This document shows, one piece after another, positions 1 through 8,800 of a stretch of 32,000 nt of DNA; the stretch's first letter is position 1; every line of letters begins with the position of its first letter. The DNA comes from Candidatus Thorarchaeota archaeon. GTDB taxonomy: Archaea; Asgardarchaeota; Thorarchaeia; Thorarchaeales; Thorarchaeaceae. The translations under genes were made by a program, and so were the position numbers. Below the pieces are notes generated by a model. It worked only from the letters and a program-made list of their open reading frames with translations. It was not told where the DNA came from and searched no databases. The stretch is taken from NCBI GenBank assembly GCA_008080745.1, contig SHMX01000003.1, positions 1-32,000 on the forward strand. The letters run 5' to 3'.

Positions 1-75
1 CTCTAAAAAATTAATTATAAAAAAAGAAAAACAAATTTTTAATAAGTATAGAAACCATAATGATAAATGGTTCGC

Positions 76-192
76 ATGAGTCAACACCGATTATTTGGTC
101 CATGTATAGATTGTGCAGCCCGCCTTATGAATGTACTAGAAAGAAGTTTGCTAACTAATGGAAAGTATTGGACTCCATTCTTTCAGACATGA
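76..192 (+). CDS. Candidate 38-aa small ORF with CxxC motif (MSQHRLFGPCIDCAARLMNVLERSLLTNGKYWTPFFQT)
   Basis: Translated by hand: ATG 76, TGA 190-192. A TATA-like TTTTTAATA lies at 36-44. Below the ORF-track cutoff; no homology recognised. Confidence 0.2.
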   Translation: MSQHRLFGPCIDCAARLMNVLERSLLTNGKYWTPFFQT

Positions 193-209
193 ACCTTACC
201 AGCCATACA

Positions 210-1025
210 TTACTCTTTGGTAGCCATAATTGAGAATACGAGTGGTAATTCGATGTCCGAATCCTCATACCGATAATACCCATCATCTGACTTTGTTGTA
301 AAGGAGAAATTCTTGAATGGGGACATTGGAAATTCGTGAATATACTTTATCTTAAGGCCTACACTAATGAGAGCATTAAGTACATCGCTCATCGTATGAG
401 CCCATTCATGACCCTCTCTCTCTCCGCAGCTCTTATCGCTTTCAGCATAGGAGCCTTCTGTTGTGTAACTTAGTGGATTGGGATCATGAAAATAGCTATG
501 TTTAACGATGGGTTTTTCTCCATCCCAATCAAATATCCACATGAAGCGATGAAATTCTACGATATAGAATATTCCACCATTCTTTAGAAAGTGATGGATT
601 ATCTCAGCCCAACGTTCTATGTCCTTCAACCAACATAATACTCCATAAGAGGTGAATATGATATCGAATTGTTCATCGAGTAAATCAGGCAAGTCATAGA
701 TATTTGATTTAATGAATTCAGCCGGAAGGTTTGTTTTTTCAGCCAATATTCTCGCAAAATCAATGGCTTTTCCTGAAATATCAACACCAGTTGGAATAGC
801 ACCTTCACGCGCCCAGGAAAGGGTATCAAGCCCAAAATGACATTGTAGATGAAGTAGTGATTTTCCTTTAACAAATGGACTCAATTCTTCTAATTCTATG
901 GTGTTCAAAACACTATCACCCTTGAGGAAGTCTTCTGTTCTGTAGGAAGGAGAATCGAAATGTAATTCTGCAAACGCATCCCACATAATCTCATTGTCCT
1001 GATAGTATCGGTGGATATCCTTCAT
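210..1025 (-). CDS. Class I SAM-dependent methyltransferase
   Basis: Motif I region LLHLQCHFGLDTLSWAREGA, motif II VDIS, and downstream FDIIFTSYGVLCWL and GGIFYIVEFH, all typical of Methyltransf_11/25-type enzymes. Confidence 0.9.
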   Translation of the reverse strand: MKDIHRYYQDNEIMWDAFAELHFDSPSYRTEDFLKGDSVLNTIELEELSPFVKGKSLLHLQCHFGLDTLSWAREGAIPTGVDISGKAIDFARILAEKTNLPAEFIKSNIYDLPDLLDEQFDIIFTSYGVLCWLKDIERWAEIIHHFLKNGGIFYIVEFHRFMWIFDWDGEKPIVKHSYFHDPNPLSYTTEGSYAESDKSCGEREGHEWAHTMSDVLNALISVGLKIKYIHEFPMSPFKNFSFTTKSDDGYYRYEDSDIELPLVFSIMATKE

Positions 1026-1136
1026 CGTCAGTCAATCCTGAATTATACGTGTTTTCTCAAAATGTATTTTCTTCTATTTAATCAAATCTTTAAAGCAAGA
1101 CCATGCTGACTTGATAAATATTAAAAAGAGTGAGAA

Positions 1137-1160
1137 GAGATTGCGATTGGTCGCAACCTC
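1137..1160 (-). terminator. Stem-loop immediately after the hydA stop; probable terminator or 3' stabiliser of the hyd operon
   Basis: Minus strand GAGGTTGCGA-CCAA-TCGCAATCTC forms a 10-bp stem with one G-U pair. It starts 8 nt after the TAG at 1169 and is followed by a pyrimidine/T-rich run (ttctcactctttttaatattt). Confidence 0.65.
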
Positions 1161-1168
1161 ATTATATT

Positions 1169-2446
1169 CTATTTTACTTCTGCTACATGACATGAACAGC
1201 TTATACAGGGATCGTATGCACGAATCAATCTGTTAAGCATTAATTCAAGCTCGGGTCGTGGTAAGTCCGCAATTGATGGATATAGAGCTCTAACGTCCTC
1301 TTCCATGTTCAGATAATTCATGGTGGTGGGTGCAATGATGTCAGCCTTCTTCAAGAGACCGTCATCACCGAACTCGTAAGAGTGTACCAATGAACCACGT
1401 GGTGCCTCAGTGATATGTGTACCGAACCCAGCCTTAGGCACAGTCTCAAACTCGTGCCATTCTAGGTCGCTCTTTAGCAATGCATCAATGGTGTCAATAG
1501 CCATATCAAAGACCTGAGCGGTCTCGATTAGCTGAGCAGCATTATTATGGAATGTATTGTAGCTTGGTAATTTGATTCCAAGCTGACTAAGAGCCTTCTT
1601 GGCAAATGGTGAGAGCTGATCTGTATTATTATTCAATCGCGGTAGTGCACCAACAAAGAATCCATGACCATCGTGAACTCCAGACTTAGCAAAGCTATAA
1701 GCTGGTTGATCTTCACCAATTATTTCCTTGTATTTTTCAACAGGAACTCGATGACCCTCGGAAGTGATCAAATCTCCATCCACAAGTGCGTACTCATCAT
1801 CACGCTTGATGGACACATATGTCGTCTTTCGTTCAAAGTCTGGTTCTTCCAATGTAGCCCAAACATCTAGACATTTTTGAAGGTCCGCTCGAGCTTCATT
1901 GATTCGCTCCTTTATCTCATCAAGAGTTTGATGGGTTGGGTAGCTTGTGAAACCACCCACAGCAGTTGAAACCTGATGAACCTCACGTCCACCTGTCAGA
2001 ATCTGCATGTCATTACCGAGTTTTTTCAGTTTAAGAGCAATCTTGACAACTTCTGGAAAGTCTGCAGCAGCAGAGATAACACTCTCATGGCCAACATAGT
2101 CAGGAAGAGCGAGATATAAAGCGTGTAGAATGTGCGATTCAATATACTCACCCCAGACAAGGAGTCTGCGTAGATCAACAACTTGTTGGTCCACCTTAAT
2201 ACCCATTGCTTTCTCGACAGCCTTGGTTGATGCAACTCGATGAGAGGCACTACAGATTGCACATATACGACATGCCATCTCAGGAACCTCTGTGTATTCA
2301 CGACCGCGGAGGAATGCTTCAAATAAGCGAGCTCCCTCATCAACAGCCATCTTTACATCAACTAGTTCTTTGTCTTTAGTTGTAACGTAGAGAGAACCAT
2401 GTCCCTCTACTCTTGCAATGTGTTTGATATCAATACTTTCAGTCAT
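1169..2446 (-). CDS. hydA: Group 3b [NiFe]-hydrogenase (sulfhydrogenase) large/alpha subunit
   Basis: N-terminal ARVEGHG, L1 motif RICAICSASH, EAPRGSLVH, and L2 motif RAYDPCISCSCH with a short cleavable tail (VAEVK). Last gene of a beta-gamma-delta-alpha operon. Confidence 0.96.
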   Translation of the reverse strand: MTESIDIKHIARVEGHGSLYVTTKDKELVDVKMAVDEGARLFEAFLRGREYTEVPEMACRICAICSASHRVASTKAVEKAMGIKVDQQVVDLRRLLVWGEYIESHILHALYLALPDYVGHESVISAAADFPEVVKIALKLKKLGNDMQILTGGREVHQVSTAVGGFTSYPTHQTLDEIKERINEARADLQKCLDVWATLEEPDFERKTTYVSIKRDDEYALVDGDLITSEGHRVPVEKYKEIIGEDQPAYSFAKSGVHDGHGFFVGALPRLNNNTDQLSPFAKKALSQLGIKLPSYNTFHNNAAQLIETAQVFDMAIDTIDALLKSDLEWHEFETVPKAGFGTHITEAPRGSLVHSYEFGDDGLLKKADIIAPTTMNYLNMEEDVRALYPSIADLPRPELELMLNRLIRAYDPCISCSCHVAEVK

Positions 2447-3219
2447 TAGAATTCCAACTCCTTGAATTCCTCCATATCAGCCACAGATGGACAATACTTC
2501 AGGAATTTCCGTTTTACATCTTCACTAGTTGCTCCTATCTTTTTCAGGATTTCAACTTCTGCAGCCCAGTTAGCCTCAGGAGCAGGACCTCGACATCCTT
2601 CACATGCTGCACCGTATGTTGGACAGAGTGCATCACAGCCAGCTTGGACAACGGGCCCCATGCAGAACTTCCCCTCCTTCAGAAGACAGACATTTTCCTT
2701 TGCCTTGCACTCACCACAGACACTGTATTGTGGAATGTAAGGGGTCTTTCCTATGAGGAGTGCTTTTACAGCTTCTACAAATTCAGCTTTGTCCATTGGA
2801 CACCCTGGAAGTGAATAATCGACTTTGACGTAATGCGAAACTGGTTTGATGTCAATTGCATCAATACGTTCATAGTCATCGCCATAGACCTCTTTCTTCC
2901 ATTCATCAGTATCTGCAAGGTTACGCAGAGCAGGAAGGCCACCATGAGTGGCACAAGCACCTATTGCTACTAAGACACCAGATTTCTCCCGGATTTTCTT
3001 GAGTCGTTCGATATCGGTTGATTTAGCTATTGATCCTTCAACGAAAGCTACATCCCAAGGGCCATCATCATTTTCAGCCTTTGCCATGACCCAGGAGGTG
3101 ATATCAACGAGGCTGATAATGTCGAGCAAGTGATCCTCAAGATTCAAGATATTGAGCTGACAACCAGCACATCCTGTAAATCCAAAGATACCTACGGTTG
3201 GCTTGCCATTATTCCCCAT
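2446..3219 (-). CDS. hydD: Group 3b hydrogenase small/delta subunit (NuoB/20-kDa-like Fe-S fold)
   Basis: TGCAGCQ, VEGSI, IGACATHGG, LPGCP and C-terminal CGEC...CL...CMG...C...C..CEGCRG ligands. TAATG overlaps with both neighbours. Confidence 0.95.
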   Translation of the reverse strand: MGNNGKPTVGIFGFTGCAGCQLNILNLEDHLLDIISLVDITSWVMAKAENDDGPWDVAFVEGSIAKSTDIERLKKIREKSGVLVAIGACATHGGLPALRNLADTDEWKKEVYGDDYERIDAIDIKPVSHYVKVDYSLPGCPMDKAEFVEAVKALLIGKTPYIPQYSVCGECKAKENVCLLKEGKFCMGPVVQAGCDALCPTYGAACEGCRGPAPEANWAAEVEILKKIGATSEDVKRKFLKYCPSVADMEEFKELEF

Positions 3220-4067
3220 TAGATCGCCTCCTGCATCTGCTCAACTTGGAACAAAGTGAATACAGGTCCATCAATACAGGTGAGTTTGTGACCAATCTGG
3301 CAGTGTGCACATTTGCCTACACCACATTTCATCTTTCTTTCAAGAGAGAGAAGAATCTGATCCTTACCTACACCAATGTCTAGTAGTTCCTTTACAACGA
3401 ACTTGTAGACAATAGGTGGACCACAGACCACTGCGCTGAGATTTTCAGTTTTGAACTTCTTCTTCTTGAATAAGGTAGTAACAACACCAACATTGCCTTT
3501 CCAATCATCGTCGCCTGCATCTACAGTTACGTGGAGATCGATATCATCTAGTGCTTCCCAGGCTGCAAGTTCGTCCTTGAAGAGGAGCAAATCGGGTGAG
3601 CGAGTTCCATAGAAGATAGTTACTTCACCAAAATCATCCCGATTATCAATAACGTAGTTAATCAATGAACGTAGAGGAACTAGACCGATTCCACCTGCAA
3701 CAAACAGAATGTCACGTCCCTTGAGAGACTCTGTTGGGAATCCATTACCATAAGGGCCTCGGATACCTACAACATCTCCAACTTCAAGCTCATGAATCTT
3801 GTTAGTTACATCACCAGTCTTACGAATACCTAGTTCAAGATAACCACGTTTTGTAGGACTAGAACTGATTGAGAATGGAGCTTCACCAATACCAAACATG
3901 CTGAGTTGGACAAATTGACCAGGTTTGTAAGTAAATAGGTCTTTCATTCTGCCTTCAACAAATTCGAAGGTGAACAGAGTTTCCCACTCGGTCATCTTTC
4001 TTTTCTTAATCAACTTTGCTAGATCAGGAACGTATACATTTTCTTTCTTAATCTGTAATTGAACCAT
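3219..4067 (-). CDS. hydG: Group 3b hydrogenase gamma subunit (FAD/NAD(P)-binding, [2Fe-2S])
   Basis: KPGQFV, PFSISS, RGPYGNGF, FVAGGIGLVPLRS, VCGPP and C-terminal MKCGVGKCAHC...CIDGPVF. Confidence 0.95.
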   Translation of the reverse strand: MVQLQIKKENVYVPDLAKLIKKRKMTEWETLFTFEFVEGRMKDLFTYKPGQFVQLSMFGIGEAPFSISSSPTKRGYLELGIRKTGDVTNKIHELEVGDVVGIRGPYGNGFPTESLKGRDILFVAGGIGLVPLRSLINYVIDNRDDFGEVTIFYGTRSPDLLLFKDELAAWEALDDIDLHVTVDAGDDDWKGNVGVVTTLFKKKKFKTENLSAVVCGPPIVYKFVVKELLDIGVGKDQILLSLERKMKCGVGKCAHCQIGHKLTCIDGPVFTLFQVEQMQEAI

Positions 4068-5144
4068 CTATTTCCCTCCCTGAGCTGTGGGAGCTACTTC
4101 CCAGATTCCTGAGAGCTCCTTGAGTACATCTTTGATGCTGATATCACTGGGACAAGCGGCGGTACAACGACCACAACCCGTACATCCTAGAATGCCTTGA
4201 TCATGGGCAAAACCTCTCATCTTATGATAGAATCGATACTTGAAACGAGCTGCAGGTGACTCTCTAAAATTATGTCCACCAGCAACAAGTGCGAACTCTT
4301 GGAATAAGCAAGCATCCCATTTCCTTGTTCTATCTGCAGATGTTAGGGAGAGATCAAGGTCATCCACCACATCATAACAATAACAGGTTGGACAAACCAT
4401 AGCACATGCACCACAATTGACACAATCCTCTGCCATTTTATCCCAAAATTCATGATGGAATGATAGGTCAAGATATTCATTGATACCTTCAACATCTACC
4501 TCATGTGGTAATGACTCATTCTTGTGCTTGAGGGCTGCTTTGAATGCTCCAAAGTCTTCTGGTCCTGCCTCTTGGAAAATATCTCTAGCCATGTGAACTA
4601 GATGTTCACCTTTAGCAGTACCAACTTGTACATAGTATCTATCTCCAGATATTGGAGTCAAGAAGAGGTCATAACCTTCAACAACATGATGGGTATTCAT
4701 TGATCGACAGAAACCATATTCACAAGAATCTAAACAATTTATTCCAACAATAGTGGTTTTCTCCCGTCGTGCGAAATAGTATTTGTCTGTATATTCTCCG
4801 CCAAATACTCTATCAAGATGCAGAATTCCGTTAAGGTCACAGGAATGCACTGCCATCAATAAACGAGGACGCATTGCACGAAGCTCGTCTAGGGTATCCT
4901 CAACTTTATTTTCCTCAAGGTCAAAACTCATCATGACCTCGTTCTGCGGTTGGAAATATTTGCGAGGGGATAGAATGGTGCTATCATAATCCATGACAAG
5001 ATTGTCAGGATTATCTATCTTCCCGAAAACGTGCTTACTCCTTTTCTTTACTGGTCCGAATACATCATACTCGTTTGACGCAGCCTCTACGAGCTTTTTG
5101 ATGTCGGTCCGCTTCATTACATAGGGTGGACTCATAATTATCAT
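4068..5144 (-). CDS. hydB: Group 3b hydrogenase beta subunit (AsrA-like 4Fe-4S dicluster protein)
   Basis: CVNCGACAMVCPTCYC, WDAC and CTGCGRCTAACP. Its stop abuts the hydG ATG. Confidence 0.94.
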   Translation of the reverse strand: MIIMSPPYVMKRTDIKKLVEAASNEYDVFGPVKKRSKHVFGKIDNPDNLVMDYDSTILSPRKYFQPQNEVMMSFDLEENKVEDTLDELRAMRPRLLMAVHSCDLNGILHLDRVFGGEYTDKYYFARREKTTIVGINCLDSCEYGFCRSMNTHHVVEGYDLFLTPISGDRYYVQVGTAKGEHLVHMARDIFQEAGPEDFGAFKAALKHKNESLPHEVDVEGINEYLDLSFHHEFWDKMAEDCVNCGACAMVCPTCYCYDVVDDLDLSLTSADRTRKWDACLFQEFALVAGGHNFRESPAARFKYRFYHKMRGFAHDQGILGCTGCGRCTAACPSDISIKDVLKELSGIWEVAPTAQGGK

Positions 5145-5367
5145 CGGTCCTTCTTTGGTCTAAGATATGTGTGTTGCATTGATTTAATACCAATAAGGTT
5201 TGAGGAACGGCAAATTACACGAATTGTAAAGATTTCTTTCGAAAACAAAAATTTTCATGGATAATGTGTCCAAAATCAATAAAAATCAAGAATTCCTTGA
5301 ATTAAGGTCTGTAACTTACAAAAATTGGTGTTTAAAGAGGCTGGTGTAGAACATAATAAGGAGAAAA

Positions 5368-5859
5368 ATGGCTGACGATGTCACCAGAAAAACACCTGAT
5401 GGATTGGAATTCACATTCATTCGAGAATTAAGAAGAGAATCGAAGGATGTTAGGGTTCGATTCACAGTACTAGAAATTTCGGAACCGAGAGAAGTATTTT
5501 CGCGAAGGTCCAATCGCATATATTTAGTTGCTAATGCATTACTAGCTGATGAAACAGCTAAAGTAACACTTCAGTTGTGGAACTCAGATATTGATAAGAT
5601 TGAGGTAGGAGAAACCTATGTTCTTGAGAATGCGTACATATCAGTTTACAATGAATGCATGTATCTCAATAGAGGGTACACAGGAGGTATTATTCAAAGC
5701 CATGAATCAATTGAAGTTCCCTCTGATCTCAAAAATATGAGTCTGCCTTTTGTGGGTGTAAAAGTATCAAAGAGAACATCAGATGTGAAAACTGGAAAAA
5801 CATTCCGAGGAGAACCAGGAAGAGCAGCAAAGGGATACTGCTCATCCAAAGAGTTCTAA
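5368..5859 (+). CDS. ssb: Single OB-fold single-stranded DNA-binding protein (crenarchaeal SSB/RPA-like)
   Basis: VRVRFTVLEISEPRE...ALLADETAKVTLQLWN...GETYVLENAYISVYNECMYLN follows the Sulfolobus-type SSB pattern (GDETGRVKLTLWG...IENAW). Confidence 0.85.
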   Translation: MADDVTRKTPDGLEFTFIRELRRESKDVRVRFTVLEISEPREVFSRRSNRIYLVANALLADETAKVTLQLWNSDIDKIEVGETYVLENAYISVYNECMYLNRGYTGGIIQSHESIEVPSDLKNMSLPFVGVKVSKRTSDVKTGKTFRGEPGRAAKGYCSSKEF

Positions 5860-5862
5860 GTT

Positions 5863-8800
5863 TCAACTTACCATTAGACCAAGTGCAATGGTTCCACCAA
5901 AGATTGCAATTGAGGCGACTAGTGCAATAAGCACGACGAGCCGCAGATAAACAAGATTTGGATTATCTTTTTCCTTCTCTCGAATAAAGAGAGCAAAGAA
6001 TAGGAATGACACCGCTAATGCTAACATCAGACTTTGCAGGAAGATTCCAAAGACTGAGGTATAAGCAAAACCCGTCACTCCAAAGAATAAGAGAGAGAAG
6101 AAGACGTATTTGGAATCTTTACCAATCACAGGAAATAGGACAATCGATGCCATAACAATTGTTAGATATCCTGACGCAACCAGAGAAAAGGTAGCTAACT
6201 GGGAAGCAATGTAAACTATCACACCTAGACTGATAGATTTCGTAATCCATAGGGGGTTACCAAGTTTCTTTGGTAGATAGCCAAGGGAGGTCGAGATTGT
6301 ATAAAGAACAGATGTTGCTAAGACACTTAGTGTAAAAACCAAGATCTGAATATCCAGTGTAACTGCCGCAATTAGTAGTCTATCCAATAGGATTACACCT
6401 AATGCTGCAGGAATAGGAACCCAAAATATAGTACGCCACTTTTGTGTCTTATCTGCTTCAGAAATAACAACCAATCCAGCAATGGACAGAGCCAAGATAC
6501 CAAGAGAACCAGCAAGTAGAAATTCACCATATTCTGTGAGCCATGAGGCAGTAGTAGCACCTAGACCAATTGATATGAGAAATAGGCTGACCGAACCAAA
6601 AGAGGTCTTGACCTGTCGCCGGATAATAGCAATAACAAGTAGCATCATCCCCAGAATACTCATTGGAAGGGATATGCTGGGAACCACATAGAGAGAACCA
6701 GTGGGAGGCATGGCTACTAGTTCACTGAAGAATGGAAAACTGAATACTGCTATTGTGATAGTAAATGCAGACGAGAATACTCCCCACATGATGTAACCAA
6801 ATCGGTCAAAGAGATAGCGAAGTGTACCCGTGAAATCACGTAGGAGTTGACCAAGTAAAGAACCAAGATTCTTCACTACATTAATGATTCGTTGAATCTG
6901 ATTAGGAATCAGAGGGGCCATCACCATTAATCCAACTACAAGTCCAGCTATAATGGAGTATGCAATATTGATAGTTGTGAATAGAAGAGTACCAATGGAA
7001 ACCGTTGGAATGAGTGTGAAGCTGATCAACCAATGTGCAGTTTTCTTCATAGATTCAAGGTGATTGAATGAAAATACCGGATAGCTAATCACACAAGATA
7101 ATACCACCACAGCTCCTACTTGATAGCCCAGGGAGAGGATATCTGTAAATATATCTGGAATTACGAAATACAATATTGCCTGATACAATCCGAATACGAA
7201 TAAAACTCCGCTTGGAGTTCTCAAACGTATTCCATCTTCTAGTGATAGTATCGTATTCGCAACGAGATACAAAATTCCAGTTATGAGGTAGATAGTCGCT
7301 ATAAACCCAATTGTCGATCTAATGTTGAGACCCAAAACCAAACCACCAGAAGTATTACTGAAAAGAGCAGTTGCAATCAAAATTCCCAAAATAGGTGGTA
7401 TAGTACTGGAAAAGAAGAATATATTCCTGCGAATAAAATCTGCAGAGTGTTCGATAAAACGTATGGTAGGATCGATTAATGAGGGTATAGCCAAAATATA
7501 CCAGAATGCAAATGTCCAGATAGCATAGCTGACTGGTTCCAGTGAAAATCTAGCTAACCAGAACAGTCCAGCCATTGAGCTAGCAAATCCGAGGTTCAAT
7601 GCTGAAGGCATCCAGCTAGGTTGCTCAGGAAGGGTGAGATAATACAAACCGGAACCAATGCAAAGAACCGCACTAGTTGCGAATAGTCCAAATATTGGGT
7701 TCCATTCCAAATATGAACCAGCTGAATAAGTTAGAAGAGCAGCTCCTGCTATGCCTGGTAGCAAAGTCATGTGACCTGCTGAACTATTGCTATGAGTTCT
7801 TAGCTGACTTTCGTATTTCAAGAAGACAGGTGTTGTAAGCAGACTCATCAGAAATAGAGAAACCCCGAGTGTTCCTGAAATATTAGCAGGAGGAATAAGA
7901 GTAGTATATTCCCAACCTGTGATATAAGCTGCTAACAGAATAGATGTAATTCCGGTTTGAATCTCCCAGATGTGGCTAAAGTTTTCCCACTTCACAGAAT
8001 GAAGGTACAATCCAAATAGAGAAAGAAGGGATAATCCAGCAGCTCCAGCAACAACACCTGTAAATGGTAAAATGGGATAGGAATAGGAAATCCAAATTGA
8101 CTCTAACCAAATTATGGATGAAACAACGAAACTCTGAACAACAATCCCACTTTTCATATCTTGCCCAATAGGCCGTATTTGAGTCAGGAGGAAGGTCGTA
8201 GTCCACGTAGTAATGAATAGAATAGGAGAGGAGGAGATACCAAGAAGATACCAAACTAAAGAAACAAGGGTTGATAGTGTTATACCAAACAGCCCCCATC
8301 CAATAGTATGATATTTCTCAACAAGCGATACATCGAGAAGAATCAACAATACAGGAATAGCAGAGATATAAAGAGAAATACCAAATGGAGCTAAAAGAAT
8401 ATCGTAGAAAAAGTGGAATATTGCAATTGAAGATAGTATTGCTACCCCATTGATAGACCCAACCAATATTAGATCAGATAACTCACTCCAGATCGATAGC
8501 AAATTCATAAGAATAAAGACAAATGCTGCAACTTCAATTGAAAGAACTAAACTTACAGGAAGAATTAGTAGACCTGTGCCAACTGCAAGAATTGAAGAAC
8601 GCACTAACGAAAATGCGATTGAGAGGTTTGATAGGTCATTATCTTTGGAAGGTGTGATTCGTATCAATTCAGAAACAACTAGCACACTTGCCAAAACCGC
8701 AAAGATGCCAAAGCCCTGAAGAAGATAGTACATCCCCAACCCCACTAGAATACTGAAGCCCCACCATGTATAGCTCTTTCTGAGCTCTTTTGGCATAGAC

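Noticed and set aside
210-1025. Methyltransferase as part of the hydrogenase operon
   Set aside because: It is separated by 143 nt containing a terminator-like hairpin and its own TATA-like sequence.
2446-3219. HydD as the substitute for the missing NuoB
   Set aside because: It is homologous in fold but carries the extra C-terminal Fe-S domain and is translationally coupled to hydA. It is best explained as the normal hydrogenase small subunit.
5215-5289. TTACA-N5-TGTAA and an AAAATCAA direct repeat in the hydB-ssb intergenic region
   Set aside because: Short, AT-rich and not repeated upstream of nuoA, so indistinguishable from chance.
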